NCBI GenBank assembly: GCA_045635305.1
Contig: JAZRBW010000101.1
Span: forward strand, 28,749-92,748
DNA length: 64,000 bases
Source: Faecousia sp.
GTDB taxonomy: Bacteria > Bacillota > Clostridia > Oscillospirales > Oscillospiraceae
Direction of reading: 5' to 3'
Program-made: the position numbers and the translations under genes
Notes under the pieces: model-generated
The model's input: the letters and a program-made list of their open reading frames with translations, nothing else
Databases searched by the model: none
What the model was told of the DNA's origin: nothing
In this document: positions 8,358 through 17,607 of the stretch, one piece after another
Layout of the letters: the number at the start of each line of letters is the position of its first letter
Numbering within the stretch: the stretch's first letter is position 1

Positions 8358-10892
8358 ATGGATAACAGAACAAGGAGCAGTTTTTTTGACCGGCTTGCCT
8401 CCTTTATCGTTGGAAAACGGGGGATCATTTTCCTTATATATCTTTGTGCAATCGCTTTTAGCCTTATTTCTTTGAGTTGGGTACAAATTGAAAATGACGT
8501 TACCACTTATTTGGATGAAGATACGGAAATTCGTCAAGGCATCGACGCAATGACAAAGAATTTCACAGTCTATTCCACTGCGCAGGTCATGGTTAAGAAT
8601 GTGACCTATGAAAAGGCAGTGGAGCTGAGCGATGCCATCGCCAAAATCGAGGGTGTCAGCACGGTCATGCTCCCGATGGATGATCAGCATTACAAAAACG
8701 CCAGTGCCCTAATGGATGTAAATTTCACAGGAACCGACGCTAGTCAGATCAGCAAGGACGCGCTGCAGGCAATTCGTGACACACTTGCTAACTATGACCA
8801 TTATATTTATACCACCATCGGCCAGGATCTCAATGCAATGCTTGCCGAAGAAATGTTGGTCATCTTTATTGTTGCATCTATCATTATTCTGGTGGTTTTA
8901 GCGCTTACTTCCCGTTCTTATGCCGAGGTTGCTGTTCTGCTGCTGAATTTCTGTGTTGCCGCGGTACTTAATCTCGGAACCCATTTCCTTTGTGGCAAGA
9001 TCAGCTTTATTTCAAACTCTGTTGCTGTTGTGCTGCAGCTGGCCCTTGCCATCGACTATGCGATCATACTGTGCCATCGATACTGTGATGAACGGGAAAA
9101 AATGTCAGCTAAGGAAGCAGTGGTTTCCGCACTCAGTAAGGCTATTCCTGAGATTGGCGCATCCTCTCTGACGACGATCTCCGGTCTTGCGGCACTTAGC
9201 TTCATGGGGTTTAAGATCGGCATGGATATGTCTATTGTACTGATAAAGTCCATCATTTTGAGCCTGCTTACCGTATTTACCCTGATGCCTGGTCTGCTGC
9301 TGTTGTTTGCACCACTAATGGAAAAGACGCGGCATAAAAAGCTGCTACCCAATATGTCCTTCCTGGGCAAGTTCGCTGTTAAGACCCGGCGTGTTCTTCC
9401 AGTTCTGTTTGTGCTTCTGTTGGTTGGTGCATTCTACCTTTCCAGTCAATGCCCCTTTACCTACAGCATGAACGACATCAAGACAACGAAAATGTCTGAA
9501 GACCAGGTAGCATATTTTGAGATCAAGGAAACATTTGGTTCCAACAATATGGTGGCTTTGGTGGTGCCGGTAGGCGACTACAAGGCCGAGGCAGCCATTT
9601 TGGAGGAACTCAGCACGTATCCTGAGGTGAAGAGCACACTTGGACTGGCCACAATTGATGCCATTGGCGGCTACCATCTCGGTGATGCCCTGAATCCGCG
9701 GCAATTCTCGGAGCTGATTGATTTGGATTACGAGGTTGCCTTGGCGCTATACACACTCCATGCTGCTGAATACAGCCAATATGGAGATATACTGACAGGT
9801 ATGCATGAATATAGCGTGCCGCTGTTTGATATGTTCCTGTTCTTAAAGGATCAGCTGGATAACGCAAATATTAATCTGGGCAGCATTGCCGGTGAGGATA
9901 TGGGCTCCATGCTGGATCAGTTGAACATGGCAAAGGAGCAGATGCAGAGCGCTGAGTATAGCCGCATGGTAGTTTACTTGAACCTGCCTGAGGAAGGGGA
10001 GGAGACCTATGCCTTCCTGCAAACCATCCGGGATGTGATCGGTAAACATTACGGCGGTGACTATTATGTGATCGGCAACTCGACAAGCTCCCGTGATCTG
10101 GCCGCTTCCTTTGAGACGGATAATCTGTTGATTTCCGTACTGTCGGCTGCTTTCGTTATTGTTGTATTGCTGTTTACGTTCCGATCGGCAGGTCTGTCGA
10201 TCCTGTTGATTATAGTGATTCAGGGAAGCATCTGGATCAATTTCTCCTATCCCACCTTGATCAATCAACCACTGTATTTCCTGGGATATATGATTGTTCA
10301 GGCATTGCAGATGGGCGCCAACATCGACTATGCAATCGTAATCTCAAGCCATTACCAGGAGCAGAAAAACATTATGCCTCCAAAGGAGGCGATTGTACAT
10401 GCTGTAAATTCTGCATTCCCCACAGTGTTTACCTCTGGCACTATCATGGCGTCGGCAGGAATCCTCATTGGCAATATGTCCGCGCAGCCGGTTGTGTCCA
10501 TTATGGGTCTGTGCATTGGCAGAGGTACGATTATCTCCATGGTTCTTGTGCTGCTGGTGCTGCCGTCCATCCTGGTATTGGGTGACTCCATTATCAATCG
10601 CACGCGTTTTCGGATCAAGATGCCGGAACCCAAGGAAGTTAAGGCAGAGGGTTATATACGCGTCAGCGGACATTTACGCGGAGCTGTACATGGACAGTTG
10701 GACGGTACATTCGTTGGTGTGATCCGCGGAAATGTGGATGCCAGCCTTTCTGCTGAGGCAGATGTTTCCTTTATGCAGGAAGATCCATCACAAGGTGCGG
10801 TTTTCGACGAAAGCAAGACGACCATGGATGACAACGAAATGACGGATGCTGCGCAAGTATGTGAAGGAGGTGACGCAGATGAAGCTTTGTAA
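8358..10892 (+). CDS. MMPL/RND family transporter
   Basis: Two TM repeats, each with IDYAI (LAIDYAIILCHRY, GANIDYAIVISSHY), and large extracellular loops; AGGAGG SD before ATG 8358. Confidence 0.9.
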   Translation: MDNRTRSSFFDRLASFIVGKRGIIFLIYLCAIAFSLISLSWVQIENDVTTYLDEDTEIRQGIDAMTKNFTVYSTAQVMVKNVTYEKAVELSDAIAKIEGVSTVMLPMDDQHYKNASALMDVNFTGTDASQISKDALQAIRDTLANYDHYIYTTIGQDLNAMLAEEMLVIFIVASIIILVVLALTSRSYAEVAVLLLNFCVAAVLNLGTHFLCGKISFISNSVAVVLQLALAIDYAIILCHRYCDEREKMSAKEAVVSALSKAIPEIGASSLTTISGLAALSFMGFKIGMDMSIVLIKSIILSLLTVFTLMPGLLLLFAPLMEKTRHKKLLPNMSFLGKFAVKTRRVLPVLFVLLLVGAFYLSSQCPFTYSMNDIKTTKMSEDQVAYFEIKETFGSNNMVALVVPVGDYKAEAAILEELSTYPEVKSTLGLATIDAIGGYHLGDALNPRQFSELIDLDYEVALALYTLHAAEYSQYGDILTGMHEYSVPLFDMFLFLKDQLDNANINLGSIAGEDMGSMLDQLNMAKEQMQSAEYSRMVVYLNLPEEGEETYAFLQTIRDVIGKHYGGDYYVIGNSTSSRDLAASFETDNLLISVLSAAFVIVVLLFTFRSAGLSILLIIVIQGSIWINFSYPTLINQPLYFLGYMIVQALQMGANIDYAIVISSHYQEQKNIMPPKEAIVHAVNSAFPTVFTSGTIMASAGILIGNMSAQPVVSIMGLCIGRGTIISMVLVLLVLPSILVLGDSIINRTRFRIKMPEPKEVKAEGYIRVSGHLRGAVHGQLDGTFVGVIRGNVDASLSAEADVSFMQEDPSQGAVFDESKTTMDDNEMTDAAQVCEGGDADEAL

Positions 10893-13527
10893 GATGATCA
10901 GCGTTATTCTGTGCCTGACAATGCTGACAGGCTTCGTTGCCGTAGCCCATGCAACAGACGAACCGCAGATTATTCAGATTTCCAGTACCGAAGCCTTTTT
11001 GGAATTTGCCGAGAACTGCCGTCTTGACAGTTACAGCATGGACAAGCATTTTCTGCTTACCACAGATATTGACCTTACAGGCACGGATTTTGACGGAATC
11101 CCGATCTTTTGCGGCACCTTTGATGGTGGTTATCACACAGTTACGGGCTTAAACATCGACTCTGCAGGATCTGATAAGGGTCTGTTTCGACATTTGGCCC
11201 AATCGGCTGTCGTTAAATGTCTGAATGTCGAAGGGACTGTCAGTCCTTCGGGCAGTCGCAGTAATGTGGGCGGAATTGCAGGCACAAATGCTGGTATAAT
11301 CGAAGATTGTTCCTTTAACGGCAAGGTATTAGGTGCTGATTCCGTCGGTGCTATCGCAGGTGTCAACAAAGCATCCGGCCTGATTACCGGGTGCAGCGCA
11401 AGCGGCACTGTCAGCGCAAGCCATTTTTCCGGCGGTATCACAGGAACGAACGAGGGCGCTGTCCGCAACTGTACCAACCGCGCTGATGTGAACGTGACGG
11501 CACAGCAAAACCAAATCGACATTTCTGACATTAATCTTGGTAACATAACCAATTCCGAGTCTCTGACAGCAACCACCGATATTGGTGGAATTGCAGGCTA
11601 CAACCACGGAACAATTTTGGACTGCGAAAATTATGGTAATATCGGATATAACCACATGGGATATAATGTCGGCGGTATCGCAGGGATCCAAACCGGATAT
11701 ATTGCCAATTGCCAGAATTATGGCACAGTATCCGGAAGAAAAGAGGTAGGCGGTATCGTCGGTCAGCAGGAGCCATATATTCTTGTAGCCTATCAGACGG
11801 ATACGCTTCAAATCCTGAAGGGACAATTTGCCGTCCTGTCAGAGCTGATTGACCGCGCGAGCGCAAATGCCAATGCCAATACTGCTGAAATTCGGAATCT
11901 GCTATACAATCTGGAAACCAGCATTTCTAAGGCGCAAAAGGCCATCGACAAGCTTGAAAAAGGGCTGGAGAACCCGAAATTGGAAGATATTGACGATTAT
12001 CTGGATGCCTTGGAAACCATAAGCAACAGTTTGGCCGACATCAGTAAAACAATTCGCGGCTTATGGGACGCATTGGATCAAACCGCAACAGATCTCGAGA
12101 AGGATATGCAGGCAATCTCGGAACAGATGGCTGTTATCGAAGAAACGCTAAACCATGCAGAGGACAATCTGGGCGGAACGGTCTTTGATATATCCGATCA
12201 GGACACCGAAACTGATCTGACCAGCAAGGTCGAACAGTGTACAAATTATGGTGCTATTGTTGGTGATTTGAATGCAGGCGGCATCATTGGCGCGATCCAG
12301 TTTGAGAGCGATATGGATCCGGAGGAGGACATTTCCATTTCCGGTGATACCACACTCAATGCCGTAGGCAATCTGCGCTCTGTCATTCTAAACTGTCATA
12401 ATAAGGGTACAGTCACCGCAAAAAATCAACGAATCGGCGGCATTGTCGGCTGGCTCAGTATGGGACTGACCAAGGACTGCACCAATACCGGCAAAATCGA
12501 CAATCCGGCATCGGATTATGTCGGTGGTATTGCCGGTGACTCGGCCGGCTATATTCGTAATTGTAATGTGAAAGCCATTGTTTCCGGTGATGCCTTTGTA
12601 GGCGGAATCGCCGGCAGGGGAGCAGTGTTGTCCGATAATTATGCCATGGTCAATATATCCGGTACAGAAAACATCGGCTGTATCCTTGGTGGTGCCGTTG
12701 AACCCCATAATCAGGCAGATGATCCTATTGGGGGGAATTTCTATCTGCAGTTTGCAAGCGATTACGGCGGAATAGACGGCATCAGCTATCAGGATCAGGC
12801 GCAGGGACTTTCTTTGGATGACTTCTTGCAGCAAGCCGCACACCCCATGTTTGAACAGGTTACAGTCACCTTCATTGCAAACGGTAAGGTCGTTCTTCAG
12901 GTTACACAGAGCACAGGCAGTTCTTTTCAAGCCATCCCGGACGTTCCTGTTTCGAACGGATATACCGGCAGCTGGAACGCTGTTTCGGACATAGATTTGA
13001 ATTACCTGCTGTTTGATGTAAATATTGAAGCTACCTATATTGCTTATTCCACCGTGATCCAAACCGATGAAACGGATGAAAGCGGCAAACCAATTTTGTT
13101 GCTGCAAGGTGATTTCTCCGTAGGCGCAACCGCAAGCGTCACAGTTTTTGAAAGCTTTAGCGCATTGACAGAGGGACAGACGCTGCTACAGGCGTGGAAT
13201 CTGTCTGCAACACAATGCATCCATCTGCATACAGGCAGACTGTTGATTCCTGCCGATACCGACATGGAAAATGTGATTTTGCTTGTCCGCGACAGCAACG
13301 GAAACTGGACGGAGCGGTCTTATCACACAGATGGCAGCTACATTGTGTTCTCCCTCGATCAGAGCAATGATGGCATAGCGCTTGTTAAGCAGCCTGCAAC
13401 AAGTATTCTGACCACCGAGATTCTGATTGCTGCCGGAATCGGTGCGCTTACAGTGTTACTCATCGTTATTGTGTGCTTGGTTGTTCTGCGTAAGAAACGC
13501 AAAAAGAACGTAAAGAGCGCCGCCTGA
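10879..13527 (+). CDS. Membrane-anchored surface protein with GLUG-type repeats and a central coiled coil
   Basis: Signal peptide, many VGGIAG.N.G.I..C.N.G repeats, heptad segment, C-terminal TM plus KKRKK tail; overlaps the MMPL stop. Confidence 0.8.
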   Translation: MKLCKMISVILCLTMLTGFVAVAHATDEPQIIQISSTEAFLEFAENCRLDSYSMDKHFLLTTDIDLTGTDFDGIPIFCGTFDGGYHTVTGLNIDSAGSDKGLFRHLAQSAVVKCLNVEGTVSPSGSRSNVGGIAGTNAGIIEDCSFNGKVLGADSVGAIAGVNKASGLITGCSASGTVSASHFSGGITGTNEGAVRNCTNRADVNVTAQQNQIDISDINLGNITNSESLTATTDIGGIAGYNHGTILDCENYGNIGYNHMGYNVGGIAGIQTGYIANCQNYGTVSGRKEVGGIVGQQEPYILVAYQTDTLQILKGQFAVLSELIDRASANANANTAEIRNLLYNLETSISKAQKAIDKLEKGLENPKLEDIDDYLDALETISNSLADISKTIRGLWDALDQTATDLEKDMQAISEQMAVIEETLNHAEDNLGGTVFDISDQDTETDLTSKVEQCTNYGAIVGDLNAGGIIGAIQFESDMDPEEDISISGDTTLNAVGNLRSVILNCHNKGTVTAKNQRIGGIVGWLSMGLTKDCTNTGKIDNPASDYVGGIAGDSAGYIRNCNVKAIVSGDAFVGGIAGRGAVLSDNYAMVNISGTENIGCILGGAVEPHNQADDPIGGNFYLQFASDYGGIDGISYQDQAQGLSLDDFLQQAAHPMFEQVTVTFIANGKVVLQVTQSTGSSFQAIPDVPVSNGYTGSWNAVSDIDLNYLLFDVNIEATYIAYSTVIQTDETDESGKPILLLQGDFSVGATASVTVFESFSALTEGQTLLQAWNLSATQCIHLHTGRLLIPADTDMENVILLVRDSNGNWTERSYHTDGSYIVFSLDQSNDGIALVKQPATSILTTEILIAAGIGALTVLLIVIVCLVVLRKKRKKNVKSAA

Positions 13528-13603
13528 TTTCTGCCACAAATCGTATATTGACGAACGAACCCCCATGTGGTATGTTGAAGATGCATACCGCATGGGGGTA
13601 TCA

Positions 13604-14266
13604 TTATTTAAGAAGCTTGAAGAAATTCCTTTCGCTTTCCAGTATGCCTTCCTGTCGGAGCTTGCCAATGATTGCCGACAAGCCACTGCGATCCACTTCC
13701 AGATAATCCGCAAGCGCTTGCCGGTCATAGGGAATGGTAAAGGCGCTTGTTCCGTGCAGTTTTGCCTGGTTCAGCAAATAGGTCATTAGCTTTTCGCGGG
13801 TACCTCGCTGAGACGTAACCTGGATTTTCTGATCGAACAGGAGATTTTTATCTGCAACCAACCGCAGAAGATTGTAGATAAGCCGATTATGAAATCCGCA
13901 GGCACTGGAGCAGGTGGTTGTGATTCTGCGGCAGTCCATCAGCAGCACCGTACTATCTTCGTCCGCTACAATACTGATTGGCAGGGCATGGATGCGCGCG
14001 CAGGCATAACTTTCACCGAAAATTTCTGACGCCCCAATGTGGGCAACAATGCTTCGGTTTCCGTAAAAATCCTCACGCACCAGCCGGACTGCGCCGGACA
14101 GCACCATACCTACATGGGTTGCGGCATCACCTTCAGCGAAAAGGATACTGCCTTTTGGAACCTTGCGCACTGAGCCGCCAATGCAGGTAAGCATCGAATG
14201 TAATTCCTCTGTTTGAATACCTTCAAACAAAGGGCAACGTTTCACAATTTCTTGATATTCCTTCAT
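13604..14266 (-). CDS. Crp/Fnr family regulator (HcpR-like)
   Basis: cNMP-like domain (FGES) and C-terminal HTH RQALADYLEVDRSGLS. Confidence 0.9.
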   Translation of the reverse strand: MKEYQEIVKRCPLFEGIQTEELHSMLTCIGGSVRKVPKGSILFAEGDAATHVGMVLSGAVRLVREDFYGNRSIVAHIGASEIFGESYACARIHALPISIVADEDSTVLLMDCRRITTTCSSACGFHNRLIYNLLRLVADKNLLFDQKIQVTSQRGTREKLMTYLLNQAKLHGTSAFTIPYDRQALADYLEVDRSGLSAIIGKLRQEGILESERNFFKLLK

Positions 14267-14277
14267 AATCCACTCCT

Positions 14278-14293
14278 TGTTGAAATTTCAACA
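14278..14293. promoter_or_regulatory. Perfect 16-bp palindrome, probable Crp/Fnr-family operator
   Basis: TGTTGAAATTTCAACA between the regulator and the divergent Fe-S operon. Confidence 0.7.
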
Positions 14294-14350
14294 TACTATT
14301 CACTACAAGTATAGTATGATCGTGATACAAAGTCAAGGAGGTGCTAAATT

Positions 14351-14611
14351 ATGATTGTACAAGGATGCCAAGGCAAACCCAGAACACCCACAATTATCGA
14401 AAAGACCTGTCCAAACTGTGGAGAGCTGATCGAAATGTTCTCGATAGACACGCAAGCACACTGCGAAAAATGCGGCTTTGTGGCCTATAACGACACGTTA
14501 AGCTGCGTACAATGGTGTAAATATGCCCGCCAGTGTGTTGGCGACGAAATGTATAGGCACATGATGCTGATAGCGGAAAACCAGAAAAAGGAAAGGGGAA
14601 TGAGCGCATGA
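14351..14611 (+). CDS. Small cysteine-rich metal-binding hypothetical protein
   Basis: GGAGG SD; C..CPNCG..CEKCG..CVQWC..C (8 Cys); ATGA overlap with the next gene. Confidence 0.8.
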   Translation: MIVQGCQGKPRTPTIIEKTCPNCGELIEMFSIDTQAHCEKCGFVAYNDTLSCVQWCKYARQCVGDEMYRHMMLIAENQKKERGMSA

Positions 14612-15234
14612 TCAGAAAGATCATCGTGATTGATGAAGATAAATGTAACGGCTGCGGACTGTGCGCCAAAGCCTGTCATGAGGGCGCGATTGGAATGGTA
14701 AGCGGAAAAGCAAAGCTGCTGCGCGAAGACTACTGTGACGGCCTGGGTGACTGTCTGCCAGCCTGTCCGGTCAATGCCATTACCTTTGAGATGCGGGAAG
14801 CACCGGCCTATAACGAGGCTGCTGTTCTCGCAGCGAAGAAATCAAAATTGGACAGCGAGATTCCTGTACCCGGACAGCTAACGAATTTCCCCATTCAGAT
14901 TAAACTGGCACCGATCAATGCTCCATGGCTGGACGGTGCGGATCTGCTCATTGCAGCGGATTGCACAGCATTTGCGCTAGGTGATTTTCATCGCCGGCTT
15001 CTGTCAGGAAAGGTATTGATGATCGGTTGCCCAAAACTGGACGCTGTTCAGTACGCCCAGAAGTTGGCAGAAATTTTCAAACACAACAACATTCGCTCCA
15101 TAACGGTAGCACGCATGACGGTTCCGTGCTGCGGCGGTTTGCCCTTTGCTGTAAAGACTGCACTGGAATACTGCGGCAAACAGATTCCCACACAAACAGT
15201 GATCATTTCTCCTGATGGGCAGGTGATACAATGA
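14608..15234 (+). CDS. 2x[4Fe-4S] ferredoxin-domain protein of the type found next to hcp
   Basis: CNGCGLCAKAC and CDGLGDCLPACP, plus AADCTAF, GCPKLD and VPCCGG motifs. Confidence 0.88.
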   Translation: MIRKIIVIDEDKCNGCGLCAKACHEGAIGMVSGKAKLLREDYCDGLGDCLPACPVNAITFEMREAPAYNEAAVLAAKKSKLDSEIPVPGQLTNFPIQIKLAPINAPWLDGADLLIAADCTAFALGDFHRRLLSGKVLMIGCPKLDAVQYAQKLAEIFKHNNIRSITVARMTVPCCGGLPFAVKTALEYCGKQIPTQTVIISPDGQVIQ

Positions 15235-15647
15235 CGGATCGAGTGTTGGGCGCTCTGATTGGACTGGCACGCGCAACGGAAGGCAATGAGCATCTTATCA
15301 ATGATTTTACAACAGCATTGATCGTTGATGCATTGCTCGATGCAGATTCTGAACAATCGCTTCTGTGGCGAATTGCCCAGGAAAAGGCGGCCATGGTTCC
15401 CAATTGCTTGACCTGCGCCAATCCCTGCGGCAGAACCAGTGACTATGACACAAGCCGATTGCAGACGGAACAAAAGGATGTTCTTGCCGCCAAGTGTCGT
15501 ATTCTGGACGCGCTCAAGCTGCTGTCACAAAGCAATTACGGTCAGCACAGTTCGCTGTTATATAAGGGCTTGTCCCTGATCGGTGCTGAAGGAATGCCCG
15601 TCTATTATCTTTCCTGTGTTGCAGAAGAAATTGAATCAAAGCTATAA
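15231..15647 (+). CDS. Truncated hybrid-cluster-protein (Hcp) N-terminal-like protein
   Basis: GALIGLARATEGNEHLI..EKAAMVPNCLTCANPCGRTSDYD..YKGLSLIG resembles the helical N-terminal region of clostridial Hcp (from recall); only 138 aa. Confidence 0.65.
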   Translation: MTDRVLGALIGLARATEGNEHLINDFTTALIVDALLDADSEQSLLWRIAQEKAAMVPNCLTCANPCGRTSDYDTSRLQTEQKDVLAAKCRILDALKLLSQSNYGQHSSLLYKGLSLIGAEGMPVYYLSCVAEEIESKL

Positions 15648-15654
15648 GGAAAGC

Positions 15655-15684
15655 TGCCGCCGGAATTACTCCGGCGGCAATTTT
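15655..15684. terminator. Intrinsic terminator between convergent genes
   Basis: TGCCGCCGGA-ATTAC-TCCGGCGGCA then ATTTT. Confidence 0.8.
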
Positions 15685-15692
15685 GTATAGGT

Positions 15693-16289
15693 TTATAGGT
15701 CAATTGCAGGGTTCATGCAGTAAACATTTCTTTGATCCAGCTTTTCGCGAAGCAACTGTATCGCTTCACCGAATCGCTGGAAGTGAACGATCTCACGTTG
15801 GCGAAGGAACTTGATTACATCATTGACATCCGGATCATCCGAAAGACGCAGGATGTTATCATAGGTGGTTCTGGCCTTTTGCTCTGCCGCCAGATCTTCA
15901 GTCAGGTCCGTAATGGGATCGCCCTTGACCTGCATAGACGCAGCACTCCAAGGAAACCCGGAAGCCGCAGTAGGGTAGACCCCTGCCGTGTGGTCCACAA
16001 AATAGGGTGCGAAGGCAGAATCCTGAATTTGGGAATCCGACATATTTCGTGTCAGCTGATGAACCAGGGCTCCCACCATCTCCAGGTGCCCAAGTTCTTC
16101 GGTACCAATATCTGTCAAAAGCCCCTTCAGCTCGTCGAAGGGCATGGAATAACGCTGAGACAGGTAACGCAGGCTTGCACCCAGTTCTCCGTCCGGACCG
16201 CCATACTGGGAAATGATGATACCGGCAAGTTTCGGATTTGGCTTTGCGACTTTTACAGGATATTGCAGCTTTTTTTGATAAACAAACAT
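15693..16289 (-). CDS. cotJC: Spore coat protein CotJC (manganese catalase family)
   Basis: QYGGPDGELGASLRYLSQ, DIGTEELGHLE, AAEQKAR and REIVHFQRF motifs. Confidence 0.92.
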   Translation of the reverse strand: MFVYQKKLQYPVKVAKPNPKLAGIIISQYGGPDGELGASLRYLSQRYSMPFDELKGLLTDIGTEELGHLEMVGALVHQLTRNMSDSQIQDSAFAPYFVDHTAGVYPTAASGFPWSAASMQVKGDPITDLTEDLAAEQKARTTYDNILRLSDDPDVNDVIKFLRQREIVHFQRFGEAIQLLREKLDQRNVYCMNPAIDL

Positions 16290-16300
16290 GGTTGACCTCC

Positions 16301-16738
16301 TTACTTCCTGCCCAGTTCCCATGGCCACGGATCATCAAGCCAGGCATACCCCGGCTGATTTGTGGGCATTGCGTGACTGATAGGACCGTGAATTTTGGAA
16401 TATTCCATCATTCCGTCGTGATAGATTCGCTGATACTGACGGTACAGCTCCAGCGCTTCCTGATCATCCCGATGCGTATCCAAATACAGTGCAAGTTCCT
16501 GCAGTGCAAATCCAAGGGCCTGCAGTTCCATCTGTGGTGTCATGTCCCTATCTTCCTTGTTTACCATACCCATAAAGGGCAGATCCAGACCGGGATACAG
16601 TGTTCCTCGCGTTAATGCCTTCTTAGCGTCATACTTTGGCGGATTCTCCATTTGGAACGGAACGTAGGGATTTGCCAACGGTGCCATGGCAGGCAGACGG
16701 CCTTCAAATCCCTCTCTTTGCTTGTGATTGTTATTCAA
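16301..16738 (-). CDS. CotJA-CotJB fusion spore coat protein
   Basis: N-terminal LANPYVPFQ..ALTRGTLYPGLDLPF (CotJA-like) joined to LQALGFALQELALYLDTH..PWPWE (CotJB-like). Confidence 0.8.
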   Translation of the reverse strand: MNNNHKQREGFEGRLPAMAPLANPYVPFQMENPPKYDAKKALTRGTLYPGLDLPFMGMVNKEDRDMTPQMELQALGFALQELALYLDTHRDDQEALELYRQYQRIYHDGMMEYSKIHGPISHAMPTNQPGYAWLDDPWPWELGRK

Positions 16739-16845
16739 ATGACATTCCTCCTTTATTCTTGTCGTTCGCTGTCATTCTATGTAATGTGCCAAGGGTATGT
16801 GCATAGATCCGAAGAATGGGCATAGGTTTTATGGAGGTGTTGTCC

Positions 16846-17553
16846 ATGAAGTATCGGTATTATCTTCGTAAATTCTGGTTGCTGTATTTGTTAACGGCAG
16901 TAACCTGTATCAGTGTTGCATTCGGTACAAGCGAAGCTGTAACAACTATGGTGCAGAACGCACCGGTGGCGCGCTATCATATCATTGTCATCGATGCCGG
17001 ACATGGGGGAGAAGATGGGGGTGCCACCTCCTGCAGTGGAGTACTGGAAAGTCAGATCAATCTGCAGATTGCACTGCGTCTTAACGATTTATGCCATCTG
17101 CTTGGTTATGAAACGCGCATGATTCGCACCACGGATACTTCAGTATATACGGAAGGAAAAACTATTGCGCAAAAGAAAATTTCTGATCTGAAGCAGAGAG
17201 TGCGGATCGTAAACGAAACAGAAAATGCAATACTCATATCCATCCACCAAAATACCTTTCCGATAGAGAAGTATCGAGGCGCGCAGGTATTTTATAACAG
17301 CATTGAAGGAGCAAAGGGACTTGCAGAGAGAATGCAAATGGCTTTTGTGGAGACGATCAACGAAGGAAGCACCAGAAAAACCAAAAAGGCAGACGGTGTC
17401 TATCTGATGCAAAATGTGAAATGTCCAGCGGTGCTTGTTGAATGCGGATTCCTTACCAATCCGGAAGAAGAAGCCGATCTGCGTTCAACGCAATATCAGC
17501 AAAAGATTTGCTGCGTCATTGTAAGTGCAATATGTAGCCATCTAAATGCTTGA
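16846..17553 (+). CDS. N-acetylmuramoyl-L-alanine amidase (CwlD-like)
   Basis: IDAGHGGEDGGA, ISIHQN and VLVECGFLTN motifs; N-terminal membrane anchor. Confidence 0.88.
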   Translation: MKYRYYLRKFWLLYLLTAVTCISVAFGTSEAVTTMVQNAPVARYHIIVIDAGHGGEDGGATSCSGVLESQINLQIALRLNDLCHLLGYETRMIRTTDTSVYTEGKTIAQKKISDLKQRVRIVNETENAILISIHQNTFPIEKYRGAQVFYNSIEGAKGLAERMQMAFVETINEGSTRKTKKADGVYLMQNVKCPAVLVECGFLTNPEEEADLRSTQYQQKICCVIVSAICSHLNA

Positions 17554-17607
17554 CTCGCAAACAAATGATTGGTATAATTGACAAAACAAAGGAAATGGGG
17601 TAATCGC

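Noticed and set aside
11260-12700. Recurring GGCGG(A/T)AT(T/C)G-like nucleotide repeats as a CRISPR or DNA repeat array
   Set aside because: Degenerate, irregularly spaced and in frame; they encode the GGIAG protein repeats.
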